Positions 1-12,900 of a stretch of 64,000 nucleotides of DNA are shown here, in pieces (position 1 is the stretch's first letter; each line of letters opens with the position of its first letter). The stretch is from Paragordius varius. Lineage: Eukaryota > Animalia > Nematomorpha. The notes below the pieces were generated by a model. It saw only the letters and a list, made by a program, of their open reading frames with translations, did not search any database and was not told where the DNA came from. The stretch spans positions 12,648,001 through 12,712,000 of the forward strand of contig OZ176051.1 in NCBI GenBank assembly GCA_964247055.1, written 5' to 3'. A program made the position numbers and the translations under genes.

Positions 1-189
1 ATTTTTACGGGTACTATATTAAATTCTATAATATTTTTTGAATAAATAAAATTAATATATATTTATAAAAAATTATTATTATTTATTAAAAAAAGCAGTA
101 CAAAAATGGGCGCTGTACAGGAGCAGTTTTTTTCCAAAAACCCAGCATTGTACTGTAATGTGACCAGATATTTAGAACTTGGACTAATG

Positions 190-3000
190 TGATTAGATAG
201 GCTGTTTTTCGCAGTACAGTACTGGATTTTCAGAAAAAAAAACTGCGACTGCACTGCGCCCACTTTTGTTCTGCTTTTTGAAATTAAATAATAATTATTT
301 ATGAATATTTTATTATACATTTAATTTATAAAAAAAAATATTTTAGAATATGATATAGTGACTGTAAAAATAACCCCATAATTTGTAAAGTAATGGTTCA
401 TTTTGCAGTAAAAAAACTAATCCTAACCTATTTTTAATTGGTTAATATTTTATTTTCCAGAGTTATGAATAAATATGGATTTTGGATCGATCAAACCGCT
501 TATGATTGCAGGCTTTCGCGAAGTGGCGAAACTATAAATCTAGGACCCCACGGTGAGATTCGGGCTAATTGCCTTTCACTCAGAGCTTCCCCAAAAAGAG
601 GTGCCTCAAAATTTAAAATTAACAAAGTTAATTTATTATTTTTAATAAATGTTTGTTCAAGTTTAGAGAGTTCATATTTTTTATAATTATCAAACTGAAA
701 ATTATATAGAAAATTGTTATTCCCGTAACATATTATATAAAATTTATTATATATGCATAAGATTTCGAAAAAACCTTTTTTTCGTATCAAAAAATTAAGG
801 TTTTGTACGTTTTCACTTGTCATGTGCAAGGTATTATATTTCCTATTTTTTTCTTAAATATATTTTTATTAGTTTTCTTACTATTTGCATTTGAGATATT
901 TTGTTGAATCGTACTTCTAACGATGATGAAGCATGATGGAAACGGTATAACGCTTTAATTAATAAAACCCTTTTCTGAATAATTCGATGATGTTGAACAT
1001 TCAGAATAATTTAAGGTTTGTTTGCTAGCAAATTTTGGTGAATTTTTGTAAAAAACACAATTTTTATTTAACGAACGAATATTTTAATCAAAATTCTGAG
1101 TGAGAAAAATATTTAAGATTAGGGAATCTAATATATAAAGTGTTATGAATTCTCAACCGTTTATATCGTTTCCCTCATGCTCAAAGTAATAAGAGATATA
1201 CCTCAACAAGATTTTGCGAAAAAATAAATTTTTGAAGTATGCATATTTTAAAAAATATATCTAGTTGATATCAAATTTAGCTATTTAAGATTATTGCACA
1301 ATGTCGGAATTTTCGCGTATTTTAAGAGAACAGTCCATTTTAAAAGAACCAAAAATTTGGAACTTTCAGAGCTCACATCTAAAAATTTTAAATTTTTAAA
1401 AATATAATTGTTTTTTTATGTAGTTTATTTTATATTTTAGTGATATTTTTTGAAATAAAGCATTTAGCTTTTATCAAAAAATATATATGACAAAATTGCG
1501 CACCTTTTGCAATTTTATACGGAGCACCTACCACAAAAGTGTAAATAACTTTCTTTAATAACTCGTAAAATTAAAACCAAGAGCACCATGATAATCCTAA
1601 TATTTTCCTATCAGAATATGTATATTTCATCAGGATTTTTTGTGGAAACTATATTTAGAAAAAGGGATTTATTATATCTTAAAGCGTTATACCGTTTCCA
1701 TCATGCTTCAAAATCGTTATAAATACGCTTCAACAAAATATCTCAAATTTGTTTACAAAAAAATAAGAAAACTGGTACAATTAAAGTTTAGGAAAACATT
1801 AAAAAATATTATACCTCCCACCTAAGTGTAGAAAACGTAAAAAACTCTTAATTTTTTTAATACGAAAAAAAGGTATCACTAAATCATATGCCATATATAA
1901 TAAATTCTAAAATATATTTAACGGGAATAATAATTTTCTATATAATTTTCCGTTTGATAATTAACACTTGTATACAACATATTCATTTTGGTCGTTCGAT
2001 TCAAATTAGGGCAGTTAATAACCCCAGGCTTGTTTTAATCTTAAAAAAATATGGGAGGAATCGAAACCATGGCAAAATTTTGCACTTATATAACATTAAT
2101 AACCGAATATAAAAGATTTTATTCAAAAATACTTGATATTACCTATTTTAAGTTAAAACCGAATAAAATCTAGTCAACGATGTGTGCAATGGTAAAATTG
2201 AAAAATAATACAAAATAAACCGTTTTTTCTATTTCTATCAATGTTAGATGTAATTTAAATAAAAAAAGTTAGCTTTAATATTAAATTAAATGAAGACGAT
2301 ATTTTGCAAAAAAAAATTAAAATAAAAATGGCGTCGAAGTAGTTTGACATGTAACTTTTTTTCAAAACAAAATTTGATTTAGATATTTTGGCATATTTAT
2401 ATAATTTTTGTTGGGATAGAATAAATTTAAAAGATTTCCTTCAGTAGTTTTTTATAAATCCTAACTCAAATTTAGTCTGGGGTATTTAAATATCCCAATA
2501 TGAATCGAAGTGTTAAAACACAAAATGAACTTTCCAAACTTGATCAAACATTTATTAAAATATCATAATTAATTTTGTTAATTTTAAATTTTGAGGCACT
2601 TCTTTTTGCGAAAGCCCTGAGTGAAAGAGCCATTACTTACGCTGTGGACCAGTTTTGCCACTCGAAAGGCTGCAATTCTAAGTTTTATGTATAATTCGAG
2701 CAGAAAATAAAATATTAACCAATTAAAAATAGCCCCTTAGTTTTTTACCGCAAAATGAACCATTTCTTTATTAATTATGGGGTTATTACAAAGGGCACTA
2801 TATTAAGTTCTAAAATTATTTTTTTGAATAAGTAAAAGGTAATTGATATATATTTACAAAAAACTAATTTTTTTTAATTTTAAAGAGCAGTACAAAAGTG
2901 GGTGCAGTACAGGCGCAGTGTTTTTCTGAAAACCTACGGTACTGCAAAAAACAGCCTTTCTGGTCACATTACTGTACTGCGAAAAACAGATATGGTCACA
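190..3000. mobile_element. Large foldback/palindromic non-autonomous element (arms ~190-1000 and ~1640-3000), preceded by the terminal arm of a second copy (1-170)
   Basis: Inverted matches: AAGCATGATGGAAACGGTATAACGCTTT (~930) vs AAAGCGTTATACCGTTTCCATCATGCTT (~1681); ATTATCAAACTGAAAATTATATAGAAAATTG (~688) vs ~1935-1960; GAGGTGCCTCAAAATTTAAAATTAAC (~598) vs ~2577-2600; 1-170 resembles 2790-2985 directly. Ends are approximate. Confidence 0.7.
1965..2512. mobile_element. piggyBac-like MITE, copy A, inserted into the right arm of the foldback element
   Basis: TTAA at 1961-1964 and 2513-2516; ends CACTTGTATACAAC... and ...GAATCGAAGTG; foldback arm sequence resumes on both sides; related copies at 37012, 34968, 59422 and 63830. 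Confidence 0.7.
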
Positions 3001-3974
3001 TAAAAATCAAAACACCAAATTATGATTTATTTTATTATATATTTTATCAGGATATTTTTTGTTTACAATGGGTATAGCTCATTTCACCAAAGTTTCGCTA
3101 TAAATAAATTTTATTTTTACTTTTTCGGAAAATATTTATCTTACAATTTCGATTTAGCGTTTATATAGTTTTTTGGGTGAAGCAGATTAGTTAGCTTTCC
3201 CCAATTTTTGTTAAAAGATATTCTGATATAAAGCAGTTACCACAAAACTGGTAACAGCTTTTAAGCCCCACCAAAAGCCCCTGAGCATCCTAGCCATATA
3301 TTTATCAGAATACTTTTGTGTGAAAATGAGAATTATTTATATTTTCTTAAAATGGAGTATTCATAAAAAATATTTTATGTTGTTTTACATTGTAAAAAAG
3401 TTAAGATTTTCACCATCGAATCGAATTTTAAACAATATGAGGAGGTGCTTATCGAGATAAAATTATAAATATCCTAAAAATACTAATTGTTTAATATCGT
3501 TTTTATAATGTGTTCAAATAGTGCAAAATTTTATTTAAAATATAAAAAACGAAAACTAGGCTTTTTTAAAATTTAATATATTAAATCTAGGCTCATTTTA
3601 GTTTGATTTAATAAAACTAAACCACCAATTATTTTTAAAATATTCTCACCTCTATTTCAAAATTAAAAGTTTGTCTTTGCGCATTTAAAGTGTCCGTAAA
3701 TAACACTTTAAGTTGGTTTTAAGCATTTGAGTTGGTGCTTGAACAATCGAACATTTTAAGATAGTGATTTTATTTTTAAGTTTCAATATATATATTAATT
3801 CAAATTTATATATTCATTAAATTATAAACAAACAGTTTAAAACAAAAAATTCAAATTAAATAAATAAAGAGGTTAGGTTAAAAACTTGTAAGATGGAACC
3901 ACACGTAAAAGGAGATATTTATTGTATATAAAAAAAACAATAGGTAATATATAAATTATATATCATATCGGGCT

Positions 3975-4020
<46 letters not shown>

Positions 4021-4094
4021 TAACTTAATGATTTATAGATGTATTTAAATTCATAAAGGTAAAATGCCTCAATACAGTTTTTTTAAAAATATAA

Positions 4095-7000
4095 TCCATA
4101 TATTTATAAAAATAGAAAATGCTGACTTCGTGATCTGTTTCCATAAAACCGGTAGACCCATTCAAATCCAAATCTCGAAAAAATATAGTCATTAATGATG
4201 CCCCGACAATAGCTTTGCCCTTTTTTGAATTAAGACCCTAGTTTGGACCCACCCCGTGTAAAAAACGGTTTTACAAAAATTGTGTCTGTGAGACAATTTT
4301 GTGGAAAACGTGTTAGACCATTCGATTTCAAATAGGATTTTTTTTACTTATTTTCGATTGCGACAAACATAATCGGTTCACCTTTTAATTTAGGCCCTCT
4401 TTTTACCCGCTCTTCCAGTACATTTTTTTTAAAGAAACAAGTCCACAAAAATAATTTTTCAAATCTATTTTTTGCCCAAGGTATGAGACCGTATAAAATT
4501 TAATGAGAATTCCAGGTATTCCCTGTTAAAAGGTAAAAGTGTTAGTCGTGGGTTTTCATATATTGGCTGCTGGGTAAGGAGATACCCGCTAAAAACTGAC
4601 CGTTATATGGAAGTAGCGTGCCCCTGTGGCTAAATTTCAAATTTATCAGACCATATGAGTTCATTAGGTGCTTAAAATTAACCCCAAGACAAAAATTTTG
4701 GTCTTAGCTGTTAATTAGGCCCTTCACGCCCTGAAAAATGCGCCACCATAGAATGCTTTTTTAGTTTTGAGGCAAATTTTCCAAAAACTACTGTGAGCTT
4801 ATGGAATCAATCATAATTTAGGTAATCTCCGTAAAAAAAATAAAAATTTCTAATCAAGCGCTTTTTTGTATCAGCCTCGGGGAAGGGAACTACCTCCTAA
4901 AACTCCGCCGCCATATCGAAATTGCGTTGTTTAGGCTTTAATTTATATAAAACTTATCAGGCCATATAAATTTAAAAAGGGCCAAAATACCCGAAAAAGG
5001 CAAAAATTTAAGTCAAGCGGTTTTTATTAGCCGTTAATTAGGCCCTTTACGCCTTAAAAATGCGCTATCACTAAACTATTATTTAACGTCCTTCCAAAAA
5101 TTATTTGGAATATATCAATGAATGATGAGTCCAGGTATTCCCATATAAAGACAAAAAATTTTATCAAACGTCTTTTTATAACCTCTGGGTAGGAGGCTAC
5201 CCGCCTACAACTGCTCCATCATATCGATACAGCTGACTTTGGAGGCAAATTTTAGAAAACTTATCAGGCCATATGAGTTCAATAAGGGCTTAAAATATTA
5301 TCCGTAAAAAGGCAAAAATTTAAGTCGAGCGGTTTTATTGAAAAACTCCTATTAGGCCCTTGCCCTGAAAAATGCGCTATATAGAATGACTTTTGTTATT
5401 AATGCAATTTTTCGGAAATCCCACGAGAGCATATAGAATCAATGAATCCAGGTATTACCCAACTAAGGCAACAATTTTAATCGAACGTTTTTTGTTTCGC
5501 TTCTGGTTAGGGGGCTACCTGCGTAAAAGTCATATTACGATTATTTAGTGTTTAGGCCATGAGACGATGGTATCAAAGACGATTCTAAATATTTATCTTA
5601 TGAAAGAATATAACACGGCGCTTTTTCCACATAGGTCTATGGGTAGGGGTCAATCGGTTTAAAACTGAGACGCCATACAAAAATGGCGTGGTTTTGGAGC
5701 TTATTTTCAAAAACATAAGAAGCCATACGAGTTCAATCAAGCCTTTAAACCAGTGATACTCAAACCGCGGCCCTGAGAGTGCTTTAAAATTGCCCTATAA
5801 TCATATTGATACTTATATTATTTTTTTAACACATAAACGAATTTTCGATTATTTTAATATTAATTTATTTTCTTTAGATTTAACTTTGGTAGTTTTTATT
5901 TTTTACCCAATTTGAAATGTAGAAAAATTTCCCTACATTAAAATAATTTCAAAATTTTAGCACACCTTGTTTCTGTTTCTGTATTCTATTTTCTTTTATA
6001 TTTTGAAATTTTTATTGCACTCCTTTTTTGTATTTAAGCAAGCCTTTCACCCAAACTTGCATATAAATAATCTTTTCATAGTATCCTGCCTCATTATAAC
6101 TCATTCCCATAAAAATTTTACAAATAAACATAATTAAATTTCAACTTGTTTTTTTATACCGTAATTCAAATTATATTCCTATTTTTTGAAAAAATTTACA
6201 TAATATTTAAACATAAATTCAAAGGATGACATCTAATGCTAAAAAACGTAAATTATCCGATGAAAATCGCCCTTTAAAAAGGAATGGGAAGAAAAATTCT
6301 TTGTCGTCTAAAATAAAAATGTTGTTACCTGCCTTATATGTAAGGACAACATAATTATAAAAAAATACAATATTGAAAAAATTTTACAATCCATTTTTCT
6401 CATAAATTACCAGAACATGAGGAAAAACGAAAAATATAAAAAGATTAAGGAATTATACCAGAAAGAAAAATCTATTATGTCCATAGCTTTCTCCCAGGAG
6501 AAAGTTGTATAATTAGCTTCGTGTGAAATTTGTTATATTTTGGGAAAAAATATGAAACCGTTTACTGATTCCCAACTAAAAGAATGTCTAATAAATGGTT
6601 GCACTTTTTTATTTGATAAATTCCATATAAAGATCAAATCATGAGAATTAAAAACTTCTACTTTCTGCAACATGTGCTCGACGCATTGAAGATATGTCTA
6701 AATATATTTTTAACAATACAATATTGGCTCTGAAAAACTGCAAATATTTTAGTAATGCTATTGATTCTAGCACTGATATTAGTACAACACTTCAATGTGC
6801 GCTCTTCGTAAGATTTGCAACAACAACATAATCAACGATAAATATTTAAAATTTTTACCAATGAATAATACCACGAAAAGAAGTGATTTTCTCGAAATAA
6901 TTAACAAATTTTTCGATAATAATGATATATTTATGAAAAAATGGTTTCGATCTGCACAGATGGCTGTCCCTCTATGATTGGAATAACCAAAGGATTTATT

Positions 7001-8839
7001 CCTCTTTTGAAAAACAAATATGATTTACAAAATATTTTATCCTTTCACTTCTTTATTCATCAAACTTGGTTTCGCGTGTAAAAGATGAATCACTCAATTC
7101 AGTAATTAAAACGGTTGTGGATATAGTTAACCACATCCGTGGCAGAGAATTAAACCACCCTAAATTCAAAAACCTTCTGAAAGATATCCACAGTGAGTTT
7201 GATTATATTCTTTTGTACACCGCTGTGAGATGGCCAAGTCTTAGCAAAGTATTAAATAGATTTTTTGTTTTAAGACATGAAATTCTATTATTTATAAAAA
7301 ATAACAGAAAGTTGGACTTGGAATTAATAGTGACATATGGTGGGTTTTATTAGCCTACCTTTGCGACATTACTTATAAACTTTTTTAATACGTCGTTAAG
7401 GAAGCAAAATAATAACCCAATTTGCTAATGAAATATCTTTTAAAAATTAATAATATAAACAAGATTTAATAAATTAAACACTCCTATATTTTCCAACACT
7501 TAAAACGATTCATGAAGAATATGGAATTTACCGCGGAGATTAATTTAATGTAGATCATCTAACATTTTTATCTAATCAGATATAATTCAGATTTCAAAAA
7601 TTAAGATATATTAAAAATGCTTAAAACTCGTTGAAAATCCATGGCATATGGATATATTCAAATTTTGATCAGGCGCATATTATTAAAGACTTCGTAGGTT
7701 TAAAATTCCAATTTGGATATTTAAAGAGAATCGTAAAGAAGAAAGATATGTAGAGTTTTGGCAAGATGTACCAAATAAATATGAAAATTTAAAAAATGTG
7801 CTCAAGTTATCCTAACTCTTTTTCCCTCAACTTATACCTGCGAGACGTCATATTTAAAAATAAAATATGTCAACAATACATACAGAAACTGCTTAACCGA
7901 TGATCATATGGACGACGTATTAAGATTGGCCTGTCATGAGGTGAAACCAAATTTGTCAAAAAATATTGGTTAATATCGAAATAAAAATTGTTATCAAAAT
8001 ATTTTAATTTTTTTAACTAAATGGTAAACCAGTTTTTAGCTGAATTTACATGCGATCCGCAAAAAATTCATTGTGCCGATTTAGAGTATAAATATGTGCA
8101 TATGTGTTAAATAGCTATGGAATATTTGCCATTATAAGGTTCATGGCCCTCGAAAAAAAAATATATTTTATTTGGCCCGTCAAATATTTTTGGTGAGTAC
8201 CACTGCTTTAAATAATACACATAAAGAGGTAAAAATTAATAGCCGTTTTTTTCCGTTAGCCCTCAATTTGGGGCCTTCACACCAGTAAACAATATATTAC
8301 TATGAATACACAGTTTGAAAAATTCTAGGAAACACCGTTTTGATAATTTTATGAGATAATAAATATTAAATTAAGTTTCAATCCATATATATGGACAATT
8401 TTGAGCCCTTTTTTCAAATAGCAGCTTCGTAGGCTCCAATATAATTGTTAGCCATATTATCTACTTCATAAGGACAACTCATTACAGTGATCAACTGTAT
8501 CACAGGTTATGCATTTATGTATATATAAAAATTTTACAATGTGTATAAGTCAAACCTCTTTACTCCCTAAGGACAAAATTATACTTGTCCTTTTTATTAT
8601 TTATATACCAGATGTCAAAAATAAAGCGTTTTTTGCACGTTTCCAATAATTGCCTATGTTTTTTATACTAAGATCATTGCTGAATAAATATTTTTTGTTA
8701 ACATTGTTTAAATTTGGTGTGCTTGGGGCCTTTTACCCTAATTATGAAATCATCCGCGTATTAAAGGCAAAAAACTTCCCCCCCTTCTAACGCCCGAAAA
8801 ATTTCAACGGGCTGAGTAGCAGCTCGAGATTTACGCTAA
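4095..8839 (+). mobile_element. Non-autonomous Helitron-like element, copy 1, with internal ~160/320-bp subrepeats, interrupted by a hAT
   Basis: 5' A|TCCATATATTTATAAAAATAGAAAATGCTG at 4095; 3' hairpin CGGGCTGAGTAGCAGCTCG then CTAA|T at 8836-8840; ATTAGGCCCT...AAAAATGCGC recurs at ~4713, 5036, 5351; homologous to 23536-25559 (inverted) and 60238-63294. Confidence 0.7.
5751..8205 (+). mobile_element. Decayed hAT transposon of the Buster/SPIN (GTF2IRD2/EPM2AIP1-like transposase) group
   Basis: TIRs CAGTGATACTCAAAC / GGTGAGTACCACTG; 8-bp TSD CTTTAAAC / CTTTAAAT with central TA; frameshifted transposase ~6226-7970 (MTSNAKKRKLSDENR, VIKTVVDIVNHIRGRELNHPKFKNLLKDIHSEFDYILLYTAVRWPSLSKVLNRFFVLR, FPSTYTCETSYLKIK). 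Confidence 0.9.
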
Positions 8840-8849
8840 TATTATATAG

Positions 8850-11800
8850 AACGATGGTTGCGAGGATATTCACTAATATAGTAATTACATAAAACGTTGG
8901 TTGCGAGGTTAAACACTAATATAACAATAAAACGTTCATGCAAATTAGCGATAAATTTCATTGAAACGAGTTGGTAATAAAAAGTTGGAACTACATCCCT
9001 TCCCTTTTCTAACGCGGATGGGTTTCTGACTGGTTCCCGCCAGGTACCGTCTTTCTTGGATTTTTGTGGGATAGCTGGTCGCCGTGGGTCCTGGGTATTA
9101 TTATTGTTTAGACTTGTGACTGTCTGGGTAATCGATTCGGTTTTGTTATTATGGATTATCGTGTTGTTTGATTTAAATTCGGCTGTTATAATATCAACCC
9201 TGTGGTATGTCCTCGTAATTTGTGTTGCTTGATGTGGTTGAACGCTGTTGTGGTTGGTGTATTGTGTTGCTTGATGTGGTTGGTTTTGTAGCTGGTGCAT
9301 GATTCGATTGGCATGTTTTATCACGAGTTTCTCCCGTTCTTTGTCCAACAAATAACCCTGTAGGGTCTGTGATCTCTCCGGCGTGCCAACCTGGACTTAG
9401 CTCATTTTTGATTATTACTGGGTCATTAATCGCAAACGACGTCAGGAGCCGGCGCATCTAATAACCACGCTCTACTATTTAACCAGGTTAGGGGGGTATA
9501 GGGTGTTCGTTTGAATATTAATAGAGCCGGGGTTTTTTAGTTGAGTGTATGGAGATTCTATACGCATATAGGTTAGTGTTAAAAACTTGGTGGGTGGATA
9601 TCGCACTATTTATTATACTCTTGTTATTTTTTATACTTATTAACTTTTCTATCATCCCATTAATATTAGGATGGTAGGGGGCAACTTTACTCATTATTAA
9701 AATGATGCGTTATCGATTACTATCTCTCTTAACCCTGAAAATTTTCTTCTAGTTTGTGGATTACATTCGCTGCGGTTACCTTTTTCAAAATAAACCCTTC
9801 TGCCCATTTACGCTATCGATTATCAACAATCAATAATAACCTTCTACTGGTCAGGCTAAATCGATATGCGATCGCTACCACACACCAAAATATAATTCCA
9901 CTGATAAGTGGAATGAGTTACATTTAGTACGTTGGCACGAATCGTACAGACTACTGGCTTTCAGCAGGTCGCTTTCTCTCTGGCCAATTACACGTATATC
10001 TTGTTATTGCTTTCCTGGTCTCTACGTTGTTATGACCGCAGTGTAGGTATCCCACCACCTCCTTTTGGAGGGGCCTTGGGATTATAATCCGATCATTTAA
10101 ACTTAACAAGTCATGCCAACTCGACTTTATGGTTTACAAATTTTTCTAGTTCTGGATAACTCCAGTCATGGATGTTAAACGCTTTAAATACTTTTTTGAA
10201 ATACCGGATCTAACGCGATGACAATTTGAAAATCTCAGGTTAACCGCATCTTCATCATAGGCATCGATCTCGTCATATAAATCAGCTCTAATCCTTTTTG
10301 GTGACTTAATACAAAATCACAGGGCTTGGAACCGGAGCCGGAAACGCATGGAACCGGAACCAGGTACCTGGGATTTTAACAAGAATTAGTTCCATTGGGA
10401 TGGAACCAACCCGGTTCCGGTTCCACCCCCTTAGTTACTGGCTCCCATATGATTTTTATTATAAAGTTTTATTTTATTATTTAAATTTCATTATACCACT
10501 ACATATTAAATACTTCAAACTTCAACCCCAAAACTAAGTGCGTAATATTATATTAGCGATACGAATTTTGGGCGATTTGGCTGTTTTAAAAAAAACTAAT
10601 GGTCATTCAAGTTTATTTATAATACACTTGGTAGTATATATTGGTGTCCGCTGAAAGGATTTTTTTAACCCTTAATTTATTTTCAGACTTGAGAAGCTGT
10701 TTGACCAGCAAATTGCTTGGTGCAATTTTTAAAGATAAGTAAAGATTTTTTTATATGTCATACTTCATTTAACACTCATTTATACCTTTAAACATTTTCC
10801 CATTATATTATAATTTGTTTCATTTATTTCACTATATTTCTTTCATCATACATTTGGCAATTTATGATAAATTGTTTGATTTATAATGTTATTATTTTGG
10901 TTGTATTATTATAATATTTTTGCAAGAAATCATTTAAAAGTCAGGAACCAAGAATGGAACTGGTTCTTAATGTAAGAACCGGTTCCGGAACCGCTAAATT
11001 TTTAAGGAATTAATGCGGTTCCTGTTCCATTTATTCAGGAACCACCCCAGTTCCGGTTCCACCTTTTTTAAACCGGTTTCAAGCCCTGCAAAATCGTATT
11101 CATTTATTTATTAATCCATCTTAGCACTTAAGCATTATCTTTTAATCTAGTAATTACCTTTACTTGGTAAATGATCAGTTATTATACAATTTTTTTACCA
11201 TATACAAAACTATGAAACTTTCTTATCGCAAACAATATTGCATTCAATTCTTTCTCGATAGCGGAGTAATTCCGTCCAGCGTTGCTGCATTTTTGCGAGG
11301 CATAAGCTATCGGCACCCTTATTATCCTGACGTAAAATGCATCTGAATCCTAAATCTGACTCATCAGTTAATATTAACAATTCCTATTAGGATTATATGG
11401 TGTTAAAAACACTTTTCGCTTAACAAATTCTTAGCTGCTATCCATCTTTATCATGTTCCTCGGTCCAAGACCAACTCGTATTTTTACTATTTAATTCAAG
11501 GGACCGACTATGATATATTTTGGTATAAAACGTTCATGAAACATTAAAAATCCTAAAAAACCAAGTAATGACTTATTATCCATTGCCCCTTTTTACTTCT
11601 TAATTGCCTGGATTAATACATGGGCCTATGCCTTTTTCGATATTTCAAACCCTAAATAGTTCACTAATTCTAGCAGTATTTTATGTCCCAATCTGAATCC
11701 GTCCTTATTGAGGCGATCTAGTACGTTATTTAGATTGTTGATGTGCTTACTTTCCATCTTATCATAGAACGGCAAAATATACACAAATTCCCGGTCTGTT

Positions 11801-11950
11801 CCATCACTCGTTACAAAATGATGGGTGCCGTGGCCAGTCCAACGGCATGCGTTTATATCCAAAAAAACCTGTGTCAAAATGGTTAATTCTTGACACACCT
11901 CGGCCACTTGCATCTGGAGGTACACGAAGTATTTTCTCCGCCAGAACATT
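8850..11950 (-). mobile_element. Ty3/Gypsy LTR retrotransposon relic (RT, RNase H/integrase, 3' region, partial 3' LTR)
   Basis: RT-like HINNLNNVLDRLNKDGFRL...VNYLGFEISKK (11626-11949); integrase C-terminus FAINDPVIIKNELSPGWHAGEI (9194-9457); polypurine tract GAAAAGGGAAGGGA followed by TGTAG at 8995 on the minus strand; many stops and frameshifts. Confidence 0.7.
10320..11088. mobile_element. hAT-type MITE with GGAACC/GGTTCC subterminal repeats, nested in the Gypsy relic
   Basis: TIR CAGGGCTTGGAACCGG / CCGGTTTCAAGCCCTG; 8-bp TSD CAAAATCA / CAAAATCG; clustered GGAACC and GGTTCC motifs near both ends. Confidence 0.85.
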
Positions 11951-11959
11951 TCAAAAATA

Positions 11960-12900
11960 ATTATCCTTTTTTCGTCCCTTTAATGGCATTTTAATGTATT
12001 GGGAACTTGATGTGTTAATAATATTTCCCAGATATGTATGTTCGTTCGCCTTGATTTCGTTCTTTATTCGTAGCAAAATATAGGTATAAAGGGTTTGGTG
12101 TTAGATTTTGGTTTTGCTGAAATTCAGTGCTAGATTGTATTTTTTGCACACATTTATAAAAGCGCAAAGACTGTTTTTGAGGTTTGTTTGTGAATTGGCT
12201 ACCGTGTCGTTAGTATAATGGAGAGTCGTCAGGGTGCGTTCCCTACTTTTATTCATGAAAGATTTAACTTCCTCGTGATACATTCTAGATAGATGTTAAA
12301 CAACGTTAAAATATAAGGCAGCCGTGACGTAAACCTATATTCATTGGGCTCCAAGCGGTCTGTCTGTACAGGTGCTAAATGATAGGAATGAATTGATATC
12401 GAATTGATTAATTTAATTAAAAGCTTGTATTATAGCCTTCCAGAAAATGTTTGTATCCACGCATGGTGTAGCCCAATTCGGTATTCACAACAATTTTTTT
12501 CCATTATTCAAAAAATGTTGTAGTAGATGATATCTCGACATCCTTTTCTAAAACCTGCCTGTGTTATTGAGATCTCAAGATTGGCATAGGTTTTTAAAAG
12601 ATTTTGTATGATCTTGAAACACTTTGAAACATGAAAAAAACATAGTTACCCTATATAGTATTCTTACAGTTTTAACGGTGTCCTGAATGCACCAAAATAA
12701 TTTTTTCTCATACTTTCAATTAACCATTCTTAACAAACCAACATTTGTTGAAAAACACACTCTAATCTTTTATTCCTATTGGCCTGTGCAGAGACTGGAC
12801 AGATCTAATCTGCACGCCTCGCACATAAACCCCAAAAAATTAAAATCCAAAATACCTTGATTTTATGCCTCCGATTCGAATTGGGGAGGGGACTTCCGGC
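11960..12900 (-). mobile_element. Decayed non-LTR (LINE) reverse transcriptase fragment
   Basis: TLFNIYLE then LHYTNDTVANSQTNLKNSLCAFINVCKKYNLALNFSKTKI, matching the LFNIY...YADD...LQ..L....GL.IN..KTK pattern; ends approximate. Confidence 0.6.

Noticed and set aside
63-829. ORFs 63-320, 438-686 and 500-829
   Set aside because: They lie within foldback arms and are not conserved in the opposite arm.
8842-9351. 169-aa Gln/Asn/Thr-rich ORF
   Set aside because: It is a frameshifted continuation of the Gypsy integrase tail, running through the PPT into the LTR.
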